Below are positions 49,618 to 63,540 of a DNA stretch of 64,000 nt, in pieces (the stretch's first letter is position 1; every line of letters begins with the position of its first letter). The stretch comes from Mobula birostris (lineage: Eukaryota): the NCBI RefSeq assembly GCF_030028105.1, contig NC_092395.1, forward strand, positions 43,304,459 through 43,368,458. Reading direction: 5' to 3'. The notes beneath the pieces were generated by a model, which had not been told where the DNA came from, made no database searches, and was given only the letters and a program-made list of their open reading frames with translations. The position numbers and the translations under genes are program-made.

Positions 49618-52372
49618 TGTTACGTATCCCGTAACTGGGTTGCCAAACCAGCAGAAATGGACCATTTAGTTGGAGTCTGGATTACTGGAACTAAGAAAGT
49701 TTTATTAAAGAAATAAGCAGCACAGTACTCTAATCAAAAGGATATAAATGCAACAGTTTAGCAATGATAAAACACACATACATAGAAACATACATAGAAA
49801 ATAGGTGCAGGAGTAGGCCATTCGGCCCTTCGAGCCTGCTCCGCCATTTATTATGATCATGGCTGATCATCCAACTCAGAACCCCGCCCCAGCCTTCCCT
49901 CCATACCCCCTGACCCCCGTAGCCACAAGGGCCATATCTAACCCCCTCTTAAATATAGCCAATGAACTGGCCTCAACTGTTTCCTGTGGCAGAGAATTCC
50001 ACAGATTCACCACTCTCTGTGTGAAGAAGTTTTTCCTAATCTCGGTCCTAAAAGGCTTCCCCTCTATCCTCAAACTGTGGCCCCTCGTTCTGGACTTCCC
50101 CAAAATCGGGAACAATCTTCCTGCATCTAGCCTGTCCAATCCCTTTAGGATCTTATACGTTTCAATCAGATCCCCCCTCAATCTTCTAAATTCCAACGAG
50201 TACAAGCCCAGTTCATCCAGTCTTTCTTCAAATGAAAGTCCTGCCATCCCAGGAATCAATCTGGTGAACCTTCTTTGTACTCCCTTTATGGCAAGGATGT
50301 CTTTCCTCAGATTAGGGGACCAAAACTGCACACAATACTCCAGGTGTGGTCTCACCAAGGCCTTGTACAACTGCAGTAGTACCTCCCTGCTCCTGTACTC
50401 CAATCCTCTCGCTATAAATGCCAGCATACCATTCGCCTTTTTCACCGCCTGCTGTACCTGCATGCCCACTTTCAATGACTGGTGTATAATGACACCCAGG
50501 TCTCATTGCACCTCCCCTTTTCCTAATCGGCCACCATTCAGATAATAATCTGTTTTCCTATTTTTGCCACCAAAGTGGATAACTTCACATTTATCCACAT
50601 TAAATTGCATCTGCCATGAATTTGCCCACTCACCCAACCTATCCAAGTCACCCTGCATCCTCTTAGCATCCTCCTCACAGCTAACACTGCCACCCAGCTT
50701 CGTGTCATCTGCAAACTTGGAGATGCTGCATTTAATTCCCTCATCCAAGTCATTAATATATATTGTAAACAACTGAGGTCCCAGCACTGAGCCTTGCGGT
50801 ACCCCACTAGTCACCGCCTGCCATTCTGAAAAGGTCCCGTTTATTCCCACTCTTTGCTTCCTGTCTGCTAACCAACTCTCCACCCACACCAATACCTTAC
50901 CCGCAATACCGTGTGCTTTAAGTTTGCACACTAATCTCCTGTGTGGGACCTTGTCAAAAGCCTTCTGAAAATCCAAATATACCACATCCACCGGTTCTCC
51001 CCTATCCACTCTACTAGTTACATCCTCAAAAAATTCTATGAGATTCATCAGTCATGATTTTCCTTTCACAAATCCATGCTGACTTTGTCCGATCATTTCA
51101 CCGCTTTCCAAATGTGCTGTTATCACATCCTTGATAACTGACTCCAGCAGTTTCCCCACCACCGACGTTAGGCTAACCGGTCTATAATTCCCCGGTTTCT
51201 CTCTCTCTCCTTTTTTAAAAAGTGGAGTTACATTAGCCACCCTCCAATCCTCAGGAACTAGTCCAGAATCTAATGAGTTTTGAAAAATTATCACTAATGC
51301 ATCCACTATTTCTTGGGCTACTTCCTTAAGCACCCTGGGATGCAGACGATCTGGCCCTGGGGATTTATCTGCCTTCAATCCCTTCAATTTACCTAACACC
51401 ACTTCCCTACTAACATGTATTTCGCTCAGTTCCTCCATCTCACTGGACCCTCTGTCCCCTACTATTTCTGGAAGATTATTTATGTCCTCCTTAGTGAAGA
51501 CAGAACCAAAGTAATTATTCAATTGGTCTGCCATGTCCTTGCTCCCCATAATCAATTCACCTGTTTCTGTCTGCAGGGGACCTACATTTATCTTTACCAG
51601 TCTTTTCCTTTTCACATATCGATAAAAGCTTTTACAGTCCGTTTTTATGTTTCCTGCCAGTTTTCTCTCATAATCTCATAATCCATGTACACAGTACTAG
51701 GATAATAAGATCAATCAAGCTCTATCGCACTCTAGGGGTAAATGATCAGTTTCAAGTGACGCAAAGTTCAGTTCAATTGAGTTCAGTTCAGTTCGCAGTA
51801 TTCGCTGTTGTGCCGTTGGGGCGGGGAGAAGAGAGAGAGCGAAAGCGAGTGAATAATCAAAACGGATTCCACACAGACCTTCGATATTCCTCGCAGTTAG
51901 CTTTCGGGCGAGCTCTTTGTAATGTCTTCTGAGGTCACCAACTGTGACCCCTCCGCTCCAGATACGATCGTTCTTCTGCGGTGAACCCGGCACCCAGGCA
52001 AGGGCGGGCACACACGCCAGGTTCCCGCCGACCCGTACCTTTCTACCCTGTGCATCTATGGCTGGTCCCGCGACCAGACCTCAAAAACTGCCACCAACTT
52101 GTGGGGGCACACCGCTTCCAGGGTCTCGTTACCTCGTGGAGTCGTGTGTCTGTTGCCTTAGCGAACCTGTCCCTTTTTATCCCCCTGCTGGGATATCACC
52201 TGTCCATCAAACTTCAAACTGTTCAGGGTTCAAAGCCACCGGTCTCTGACAATACTCAGAACCGTGGCTCCTTTTGGTAATCTCTCTCGTCTCTCTCTTA
52301 TTAGCACCTTGCATGTTTCCCCATTGTCCTCTTAGCGGCATCAATCTTCTGATAACTGGTTCTTTTGTCACA
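49618..52372. mobile_element. Solo LTR (related to the B LTR) carrying a CR1 insertion
   Basis: TGTTACG...TGTCACA termini; TSD GGTG at 49614-49617 and 52373-52376. Confidence 0.9.
49780..51683 (-). mobile_element. Young 5'-truncated CR1 (about 1.9 kb)
   Basis: ORF2 3' half in one frame with two stops; FADDTK; (TTTCTATG)n-type tail; probable TSD CAT. Confidence 0.9.
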
Positions 52373-54440
52373 GGTGCGACTAGCGTCCTGAGTTGTCTAT
52401 ATTTCAATGCAATTATAGGAAAGGTGGATGATAGTACTGAAGATGAGGTAGCTGGCTTACAAACAGAGGCATTGTGTAGTGAGGAGAGGCTGTTGATAGG
52501 GCAAAACTGCAGTTAACGTGATGAGTTGCAATGTAAAAAGCCGACAAATAGGTGGAATAGAGTACTGAAAGTGTTGTATTTTAATGCGCATAGTATATAA
52601 AATAAGATAGGTGAGCTTGGAACGCAGTTGCAGATTAGCAGGTGTGATGAATCATGACTGAAAGAAGATCATAACTGGGAACTTCATGTCCAAGGATACA
52701 CATTGTATCGAAAGGACCGGCAGAAAGGCAGAAGAGACGACGTTGCTCTGTTGGTTAAAAAATAAAACCAAATCTTTGGAAAGAGGTGATATAAGGTTGG
52801 AAGGTGTTTAATCATTGTGGATAGAGCTAAGGAACTGCAGGGGTGAAAAGACCCTTAAGGGAATTGTGCGCAGACCTGCAAACAGTTGTGGTCTACAAAT
52901 AGCAATGGGATATAGAAAATGCAATGCAAAAGGGTAATGTTGCAGTAGTTATGGGTGATTTCAATATGTGAATAAATTGGGAAAATCATGTTGGTGCTGT
53001 ATTTCATGAGGGGGAATTTCTGGAATGCCTTTAAGATGGCTTTTTGGAGAAGCTCATGGTTGAACCCAGTTGGGGATACGCTGTCCTGGACTGGGTGTTC
53101 TGCAGTGAACCAGAATTGATCAAAGAGCTTAAGGTAAAAGAACCTTTAGGGGAACGTGATCATAATATGATTGAATTCACACTGAAATTCGAGAAGGATA
53201 AGCTAAAGTTAGATGTATCAGTATTGCGGTAGAGTAAAAGGAATTACAGAGACACGAAAGAGAGGAATTGGCCAGATTTAATTGGAAAAGAACACTGACA
53301 AGGATGGGTGGAATTTCTGGAAGGAATTTGGAGGGCAGAGGGTATATATATCCCAAAAAACAAAAGGTATTCTAAATGCAAGATGACACAACTGCACCAA
53401 CAAAAGAAGTCAAAATCAACATAAAAGCCAAAGAGAGGGAATATAATAGAGCAAAAGTTAGTGGGAAATTCGAAGATTGGGAAACTTTTAAAGAACAACA
53501 GAAGGAAACTAAAAAAGTAATCAGGAAGGTAAAAATGGAATACAAACGTAAGCTAGCAATAATATTAAAGAGGATACTAAAAGTTTCTTCAGATATATAA
53601 AGTGTAAAAGATAGGTGAGAATGGATATTGGACTGATGGAAATCGATGCTGAAGAAATAGTCATGGGGTATAAGGAAATGGCGGACAAACTGAATAAATA
53701 TTTTGCATCAGCCTTCACTGTGGAAGATACTAGCAGTTTGGTGGAAATCCCAGGTGTTAGGGGGCATGTTGTGTGTGAAGGTACTTTGACTGTAGAGAAT
53801 ATTCTTGGGAAACTGAAAGGTCTGAAGGTAGATAAGTCACCTGGACCAGATGGTGTGCAACCCAGGGTTCTGAAAGAGGTGAATGAAGAGATGGTGGAGG
53901 CATTTGTAATAGTCATTCAAGAATTACTCGTTTCTGGAAGACTGGAAAATTGCAAATGCCACTCCACTCTTCAAAAGGGGAGAGAGGCTGTAGAAAGAAG
54001 CAGTAGGCCAGTTAGTCTGATGTCAGTGTTTGGGAAGATATTGGAGTCGATTATTAAGGATGACGTCTCAGAGTACTTGGAGGCACATGATAAAATGGGT
54101 CGTAGTCAGCACGGTTTCCTCAAGGGAAAATATTGCCTGATAAATCTGTTGAAATTCTTTGAACGCCGGAGGAGAAGTTGGCGGTGCGACGCAGTGCGCG
54201 CAGCTCTCCGGTGAAATGATAACGTTTCTGTAAGTAGGACACTGTGCACAATTCTGATTTGATGAAGACAGACGTGAGAAGCAGAGGAACATCTGGAGAA
54301 ATTTCTGAAATGCCCGGTTTGCTGCCGCTGCTGCTGTGCGATTGAGAATTTCCGGAGGGAAGGCCCCAAAATCCCCGGCTTTGCCTGCTGCTGGCGACTG
54401 AGGCTGAGGTCGAAGCTTTGGGATAGAGATGGTGCTCGGC

Positions 54441-57400
54441 TTGAGACAAGTCTTATGAGAACAACCAAACATTTATTAAACACATATAAGTGATAAGCGA
54501 AAAAAAAAACAACAAAGGAAAACTTTAACCGGAGGTTAAACAGGCACGCAGCCATTCATCAACTCCACTCGGCTCTGGTTCTTAAAGCGTTAAATGCAGA
54601 AACAGTTCTTAAAGCGATGCAGTCAGATATAGTTCTTAAAGCAATAACTTCGATAGTCCAACAGCTTTACGCATTCATTTGGGAGAGACTTCTCTCTGGA
54701 AGGATTTCTTCACCGACGCACCTTTACTGCCGGTTCTGTCCACAGGATTCCCGATGCCAAAATTAAACAGTTTAACTCAACTGACCTTAAATTCATTTTA
54801 GAGAGAGAGAGCCTTTGTGCATGAACTCATTGCGCTATTGCAAGAGTTATCTCAATGCAGGTTCTCTTCACCGAAGACTCAATAAGGTCGATCCTTTATT
54901 AAACTGCCAACCGATGCCGACTTCTCTCGATCCTTCACTTCGATGAATTCTTTACTCTCCCTTCAAAACTGTCAGAATTGAGTAAATTGGCACTTCCAGC
55001 CTCAAATTTCCAGTTCAATACAATATCTTGTAAGAGAACGCACCTTCCGTTTTAAAAATGAAACTGTGTCACAAAAACAAACACACAACAGAAATGGAGG
55101 CACAAGGCATTTGACCTGGAAATCAACAAACTCAAAAACCCACTGCGTCACCTGAGTCGACCCTTATATAGTCACGGGGGGGGGGGGCACATGTCATCAC
55201 GTGACCTCACATCGGCGGGAAAATCACATCAGGTGACCTCCAAAAGACCATGACATCATTCTCATAAATAATACAGATCTCCTTGAGCATGTAACACCTC
55301 CCCCCCAAAAATTTTTTTTTGGTCTCTTGAAGTACAAAAATGTAACAATTTATACAAAAAATACAAAGGTGTAAAATTTACAAAATACATAATATATACA
55401 ATCTTATCTTTCAGCCCTTTACAAACTAATGTACAGTAGGAGTGTTACAAATGATAAAATATCACTCCAAAAAAAACAAATTTTCATTGTACATTTAACA
55501 TCTAGACAAATAGTCAGTGATCACATTATCTTTACCCTTGATATGAGTGATCAAAATATTATACTCCTGTAACATTAAGCTCCAATTTATTAATCTTCTA
55601 TTTTTGTTTTTCATCTTACTTAAAAACACTAATGGATTGTGATCGGTATAAACTGTGAGCGGTTTATATGTAGAACCAACATACACTTCAAAATGTTGCA
55701 AAGCTAAAACAAGAGATAACAATTCTTTTTCTATTGTTGAAAAATTTCTTTGATGGGCATTAACTTTCTTTGAAAAATAAGCTACCGGACGATCAACTTC
55801 ATCACCATCATCTTTTTGAAGCAACACTGCTCCTGCAGCTTCATCACTAGCATCTACAGCTAACGAAAGTGGTTTTTCAAAGTCAGGAGATTTAAGTACA
55901 GGTTGACTACATATTATAGCTTTCAATTTATCAAATGTCTCCTGACAAGACTCTGTCCAAACAAACTTCTCATTTTTCTTCAAGAGATTAGTTAATGGAA
56001 GAGCAATGTATACAAAATCCTTACAAAATTTTCTGTAATATCCCACCATACCCAAGAATCTTCTGGGGGTTTTTCTACCAGTAGGAGTGGGTACTTCCAA
56101 AACTGCCTGAACTTTTGCTTGAACAGGTACTAATTTCCCCTGACCCACAACATAACCAAGGTAAGTCACTGTGGCATGACCAAATTCACTTTTGGATAAG
56201 TTAATAGTTAAGTTAGCTTTTGAAAGTCTCTCAAATAATTTCTCCACCGCTGCAATATGTGCTTTCCACGTATTATTCCTTGTAACCAGATCATCAATAT
56301 AGGCATCTGTATCTTTTAATCCCTGAATCACACCATTAATCATCCTCTGAAAAGTACTTGGTGCATTCTTCATCCCAAATGGAAGAACATTATATTCATA
56401 TAACCCAGATGGGGTTACAAATGCTGAAATCTCTCTACCTCTATCCGTCAATGGAACACACCAATAACCTTTTAAAAAATCAATTTTTGTAAGGAATTTG
56501 GCCTGTCCAACTTTATCCACACAATTATCTCCTCTAGGGATTGGATATGCATCAATCTTTGTCACAGCATTCACCTTCCTATAATCTGTACAAAACCTAA
56601 TACTATTGCCTGGGGTTTAGGGACCATAACACACGGCGAACTCCAATTCGAATTAGAATGTCTATTAATAAAGATTATTATTGGAAAAAAGATTATGAGA
56701 GAAAACTGGCAGGGAACATAAAAACTAACTGTAAAAGCTTTTATAGATATGTAAAAAGGAAAAGACTGGTAAAGACAAATGTAGGTCCCCTACAGACAGA
56801 AACAGGTGAATTGATTATGGGGAGCAAGGACATGGCAGACCAATTGAATAATTACTTTGGTTCTGTCTTCACTAAGGAGGACAAAAATAATCTTCCAGAA
56901 ATAGTAAGGGACAGAGGGTCCAGTGAGATGGAGGAACTGAGCGAAATACATGTTAGAAGGGAAGTGGTGTAAGGTAAATTGAAGGGATTAAAGGCAGATA
57001 AATCCCCAGGGCCAGATGGTCTGCATCCCAGAGTGCTTAAGAAAGTAGCCCAAGAAATAGTGGCTGCATTAGTGATAATTTTTCAAAACTCGTTAGATTC
57101 TGGACTAGTTCCTGAGGATTGGAGGGTGGCTAATGTAACCCCACTTTTTAAAAAAGGAGGAAGAGAGAAACCGGGGAATTATAGACCGGTTAGCCTAATG
57201 TCGGTGGTGGGGAAACTGCTGGAGTCAGTTATCAAAGATGTGATAACATCACATTTGGAAAGCGGTGAAATCATTGGACAAAGTCAGCCTTGATTTGTGA
57301 ATGGAAAATCATGTCTGACGAATCTCATAGAATTTTTTGAGGATGTAACTAGTAGAGTGGATAAGGGAGAACCAGTGGATGTGGTATATTTGGATTTTCA

Positions 57401-60400
57401 AAAGGCTTTTGACAAGGTCCCACACAGGAGATTAGTGTGCAAACTTAAAGCACACGGTATTGGGGGTAAGGTATTGATGTGGTTAGAGAATTGGTTAGCA
57501 GACAGGAAGCAAAGAGTGGGAATAAACGGGACCTTTTCAGAATGGCAGGCAGTGACTAGTGGGGTACTGCAAGGCTCAGTGCTGGGACCCCAGTTGTTTA
57601 CAATATATATTAATGACTTGGATGAGGGAATTAAGTACAGCATCTCCAAGTTTGTGGATGACACGAAGCTGGGCGGCAGTGTTAGCTGTGAGGAGGATGC
57701 TAAGAGGATGCAGGGTGACTTGGATAGGTTGGGTGAGTGGGCAAATTCATGGCAGATGCAATTTAATGTGGATAAATGTGAAGTTATCCACTTTGGTGGC
57801 AAAAATAGGAAAACAGATTATTATCTGAATGGTGGCCGATTAGGAAAAGGGGAGGTGCAACGAGACCTGGGTGTCATTATACACCAGTCATTGAAAGTGG
57901 GCATGCAGGTACAGCAGGCGTTGAAAAAGGCGAATGGTATGCTGGCATTTATAGCAAGAGGATTCGAGTACAGGAGTGGTGAGCTACTACTTCAGTTGTA
58001 CAAGGCCTTGGTGGGACCACACCTGGAGTATTGTGTGCAGTTTTGGTCCCCTAATCTGAGGAAAGACATCCTTGCCATAGAGGGAGTACAAAGAAGGTTC
58101 ATCAGATTGATTCCTGGGATGGCAGGACTTTCATATGAAGAAAGACTGGATGAACTGGGCTTGTACTCGTTGGAATTTAGAAGATTGAGGGGGGATCTGA
58201 TTGAAACGTATAAAATCCTAAAGGGATTGGACAGGCTAGATGCAGGAAGATTGTTCCCGATTTTGGGGAAGTCCAGAATGAGGGGTCATAGTTTGAGGAT
58301 AAGGGGGAAGCTTTTTAGGACTGAGATTAGGAAAAACTTCTTCACACAGAGAGTGGTGAATCTGTGGAATTCTCTGCCACAGGAAACAGTTGAGGCCAGT
58401 TCATTGGCTATATTTAAGAAGGAGTTAGATATGGTCCTTGTGGCTACGGGGATCAGGGGGTATGGAGGGAAGGCTGGTGCGGGGTTCTGAGTTGGATGAT
58501 CAGCCGTGATCATAATAAATGGCAGTGAAGGCTCGAAGGGCCGAATGGCCAACTCCTGCACCTATTTTCTATGTTTCTATGTTTCTAATATCATTCTCTA
58601 AGATGTACTTAATTTCCGGTTCAGCAAGTTCACATTTTTCCCTGTTCATTCGATACGGATGTTGTTTTATCGGTTTTGCATCTCCCACATATACATCATG
58701 TGTAGTTACGGTGGTTCTTCTAGGGACGTCTGGAAATAAATCTCTGTACTTAAAAATTATCTTTTTCATCTGCTCTCTCTGTTCCGGCTGTCAATGAGCT
58801 AATTTTTCATCAATGTTTTCCAGAATTTTTGAATTTGGCAACCTGGCTGAGATAATGTTGGGTTTAAAATGAGTTTCAGATGAATCCTCTAGTAAGTTTT
58901 CAGCAAGATCAGACTCATTATTAATCACAACAGTCATATTAGCAAATTCCCTTTCATAATGCAGCTCACCAAATACAGGAATTGGTTGTAGTGGAGCCAC
59001 TGGAGTAACCTGATTAGGTTTACCATCAATTTGACATGTATGACACGTTCTACAAAATGTTGCCACATCTTGTCTTAAACTAGGCCAATAAAAATGTTTA
59101 GAAACTTTGTTCATAGTTTTCTTTACCCCTAAATGACCACCCGAAGGAATACTATAAACCATAGTCAAAATCTCATTTTGGTAAATTTTAGGAACAACAA
59201 CCTGATGATTAACTTCCCATTCCTCACTAGCGGGAATGGAAGGCGATCTCCACTTTCTCATTAATACCCCCTTTTCAAAATAATATCCAACTGGTACTTT
59301 TCCAATTTCACTATCTGGAGGAGTTTGTTCTTTTAATTTAACTATCTCCGGATCCCTACCCTGCTCTGCTATCATCTCCTTCCGAGATAAAGACAAATCT
59401 TCCTGATCAGACTTACCACCAAAATCCTGATCAAATAAGGTAGGTAAGAAAGTTTCTGATAAATCCTCAAAATTCAAATCTTGATTTGAACTGTCATGGG
59501 TAACAACCACATCCTTTACATCAGTCTTTTTAGCCATAGCTCTTGTTACAACACAGGAAGAATCTGTGTTAAAATCCCTCTGTGGTTCCTCAGAATTTGA
59601 ATTTATTGTCAAATGCACTTCAGGAAAAACTTGTCCACCTGCTAAATCATTCCCTAACAAAAGAGAAACATCATTCACAGGTAAACTGGATTGTAGTCCT
59701 ACTTTAACAACCCCTGTAACTAATCCTGACCTTAAATTTAGTCCATGTAAATGTACTGGGATAAGGGCACTCCCTACTCCTCTTATATAATTTACCTCAC
59801 CAATATCAGACTCATCACTAAACCTTAGCACACCGTCCAATATTAGTGATTGTGAAGCTCCAGTATCTCTAAGTATCCTTATCAGTACTGCGTTGGATCC
59901 ATCTTTCAAGGATACAAATCCTTCTGTTATAAAAGCTTCATATCCCTTCTTAACTTGGTCAGACTCTGACACATCTTCATTATTATTTTCTAAACCCTGT
60001 GGTTTTACAGGTTTTCCAATATGCTGCACACAAGCATCTGGGGCCACTTTTTTCTCTTTCCGTTTCAATCGGAAGTAATTAGCCACTATATGTCCAGGTT
60101 TCTTACAATAATTACTAATAATACCAAAATGTCTTTCCTTCACGTCTCCCTTCATCCTTACTTTTCTCACTAACTTCAAATTTAATGTCTGATTTACCTT
60201 GATTCTCTGTGTTAGTTTTCCTTTTAAAAAATTTACCTGGAGAAAATTTATTCTTGTGAATTAAAACATACTCATCAGCCAATTTAGCAATGTCCTGAAA
60301 TGTAGCAGTGTCCCGTTCATTTCAGTATGTTCTCACTTCAACAGGAATGCTTCTTTTAAATTTCTCCTGCAAAATCAGCTTTTTCAATTTATTATACTCC

Positions 60401-62123
60401 CCATTCACATTTTTAGAGGAAACCCATCTCTCAAAACGCACAGATTTCTCATAGGCAAATTCCACATAAGTTTTTTTCCACCGAATTCTTTAAACTTCTT
60501 AATCTTTCTCTATACGCTTCCAGTACCATCTCGTATGCTTTTAATATTCTCTTTAACAATGTCATAATCCAGTGCTTGCTCAGCATTTAAAGCTGTATAA
60601 ACTTGTTGTGCCTTGCCTTTAATTACACTTTGTAACATCACTGGCCATTGGTCCTTCGGCCACTTTAAACTCAGAGCAACTGTTTCAAAATGCTGAAAAT
60701 AGGCATCCACATCAGCTTCATTAAATGGAAGAGCCAAAACAACCTCACCACTAGCAATAAATTGTTTTGTAGAACCAGAAGACTGATTCCCAGACCTTAT
60801 TTTCTCCATCTCCAGCTCGAATTTCCTCTGGCTTTCAGCTTCTCTTTCTCTCATTTCCACTTTAAATCTTTCAAACTTTAATTCTTCAAGATGCAACTGC
60901 ATTTCCAGATTACTCATTGGAAACTTCTCTAACACCTCCTCCTCAAAACATTCCAAATTAATATAAAGTTCAGCAATTTTCCTTTGTATGAAAGCCTTGG
61001 TAGATTTTCTCGTAATTTCTTTAATATTCAACATCTTAGCAATCTCCAATACCACAGGTTTTCTCACATTCTCTAAAAATACCGAGTCAGGCGTCTTCAA
61101 AAACTCGTCAATATCCATTGTTGCCGAATACAACACACACACCAATCAAACCAAAATAAATCGGGTATTCCCTTTCCTAATCAAAATGGCAATTACCAGC
61201 ACTTAAACTCAAAATCGGAACATATCCCACGAGCCCCCACAAAATTATGTTACGTAACTGGCAACAATGAATATTAATTAAGACAGGTTTTATGAGAACA
61301 ACCAAACATTTATTAAACACATATAAGCGATACGGGGGGAGAAAAACAAAGGAAAACTTTAACCGGAGGTTAAACAGGTACGCAGCCATACATCAACTCC
61401 ACTCGGCTCTGGTTCTTAAAGCGTTAAATGTGGAAACAGTTCTTAAAGCGATACAGTCAGATATAGTTCTTAAAGCGATAACTTCGAAAGTCCAACCGCT
61501 TTACGCATTCAATTGGGAGAGACTTCTCTGGAGAAGGATTTCTTCACAGATGCACCTTTACTGCCGGTTCTGTCCACAGGATTCCCGATGCCAAAATTAA
61601 ACAGTTTAACTCAACTGACCTTAAATTCCTTTTAGAGAGAGAGAGCCTTTGTGCATGAACTCATTGTGCTATTGCAAGAGTTATCTCAATGCAGGTTCTC
61701 TCTAACGAAGACTCAATAAGGTCGATTCTTTATTAAACTGCCAACCGATGCCGAGTTCTCTCGATCCTTCACTTCGAAGAATTCTTCACTCTCCCTTCAA
61801 AACTGTCGGAATTGAGTAAATTGGCACTTCCAGCCTCAAATTTCCAGTTCAATACAATATCTTGTAAGAGAACGCACCTTTTGTTTTAAAAATGAAACTG
61901 CGTCACAAAAACAAACACGCAACAGAAACAGAGGCACAAGACATTCTACCTGGAAATCTGCAAACTCAAAAGCCCACTGTGTCACCCGAGTGGACCCTTA
62001 TATAGTCACGGGGGCACATGTCATGTGACCTCACATCGGTGGGAAAATCACATCAGGTGACCTCCAAAAGACCATGACAGCATTCTCACAGAAAAAAAAA
62101 CAGATCTCCTTGAGCATGTAACA
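54441..62123 (-). mobile_element. Element D: Gmr1-like LTR retrotransposon (gag-PR-IN-RT-RH), IN core deleted, CR1 inserted in RT
   Basis: LTRs about 54441-55296 (outer end missing) and 61248-62123; PBS-like 61221-61239; PPT 55297-55306; gag 60510-61145; RDTGA 59856-59870; IN zinc finger about 59040-59160; YIDD 56290-56301; RNase H to 55495. Confidence 0.9.
56671..58585 (+). mobile_element. Young 5'-truncated CR1 (about 1.9 kb)
   Basis: ORFs 56979-57293 and 57297-58490 separated by one stop; (TTTCTATG)n tail; TSD TAATA (56666-56670 and 58586-58590). Confidence 0.9.
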
Positions 62124-62139
62124 AAAGATACAGTCTTTT

Positions 62140-63540
62140 GGGTGTTGCTCTGTTTTTTTCAGGATAGTGCCTCTGGGCCTAAGGGTGGCATTCGGTTTGG
62201 CAAGTGTCTTGTCAATGATAACATTCTCGTTCTGCTCTGGACTGGTGGAGTGACATCAGGTTTGGTCAGTGTTGTGTCAAGGACAACTTTCTCGGTTGCT
62301 GGTGTCACATTGGCAACATGATCATCACTGAGACTTAAGTCCAGTGGCTGTTATGTGTCCATCTTGTTGGTTGCAATTGACTCCAATGTGCTCTTTGGTT
62401 GAGCATACAGTATCTGGCCCACATGATATCTCCATCTCTGATCTCCAACATCCACTGTGTACATCAGTGGTCCAGTTCTTGTAGCTATCCTACCAGCTCT
62501 CCATTTGTCTTCTCAGTAATCACATGCTTGGACTTCCTGTCCAAACTCAAGGCTCTTTGCTGATTCAATTGGCAACTGGCTGAACTGGTTATTCTGCACT
62601 TCCTTCTGTAGATCTGGTTTCAGGAAGTCTGTGCAAGATCTCAGACTCCTGCTCATAAACAGCATTGCAAGTGTTTGATTTGTTATCAAATGACCAGAGT
62701 TCTGATACGCCATAAAGAAACTATCTGCCTCATGCTGCAGAGAAGTGCCCTCCTTGACCAATACTTTAGTAGACTTCTTGAAGGTTTGGATACAATTTTA
62801 GCTGACCCATTCATTGATTGGTGGTGAGGAGCTGACTTCAAATGTTTGATGCTATTTTTTCTTCTTGAATTGTCTCAACTCCTCTGACATATAGTGTGGT
62901 CTGTTGTCACTCGCAATTTCTTCTGATAAGCCGTTCATGGTGAAGATAGTCCTCAGAGCGGAAGCAGTCTTTTCTGAGGTGGTTGACTTCATTGGTATGA
63001 CTTCAGGCCACTTCGTATGAGCATCCACAGCAATCAGAAACATGAAATCCATGAATGGCCCAGCAATGTCAATACGCACTCTTTACCATGGTGATGAGGG
63101 CCAGTCCCTTGTGTGTACAGTGCCTGTGCTGGCACATTTTGAACTTTATGGGATCCTGAATGGCTTTTGGCCAAGTCTTCAGTCTGTTTATCTATTCCCA
63201 GCCACCACACGCACCTTCAGGCAAGACTCCTCACCTTGACTGTATCCAGGTGTCCTTCACGCAGATTCTCTAACACTCTGGTGCGCAGTTCAGAGGCAAC
63301 CACTACATGAGATCCACACATCAGCGTTCTTTGACATGTCGACAGTTGGCCTGGTCCCACTGAGAACTTTGGGAGTGTCAGATTATCATGAGCTGGCCAT
63401 CCTTGCATGGTGATGTCATGGAATTTTGACAATGTCAGGTTTCTTGTTTCTCTTTGAATTTTCAAATTTGTTACCGGTAATTGGACCATTAATTCTGTTT
63501 GGAAGATCACTCATGCAGTTAATTTAAGATCACAGGCTAA
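62140..63540 (-). mobile_element. Degenerate Gypsy integrase fragment (K02A2.6-like)
   Basis: IDIAGPFMDFMFLIAVDAHTKWPEVIPM..TTSEKT; LREGHL. Confidence 0.75.

Larger units (their letters stand above)
48960..54165 (+). mobile_element. Older CR1 (ORF1 esterase, endonuclease, RT start) interrupted by a solo LTR
   Basis: LPGA..EGEQPEV.VH SGNH-esterase motif; EN motifs at 52560-53230; DKSPGPDG and SQHGFLKGK at 53800-54130. Confidence 0.75.

Noticed and set aside
49853-50545. 230-aa plus-strand ORF and similar ORFs at 57398 and 58286
   Set aside because: Antisense shadows of CR1 ORF2
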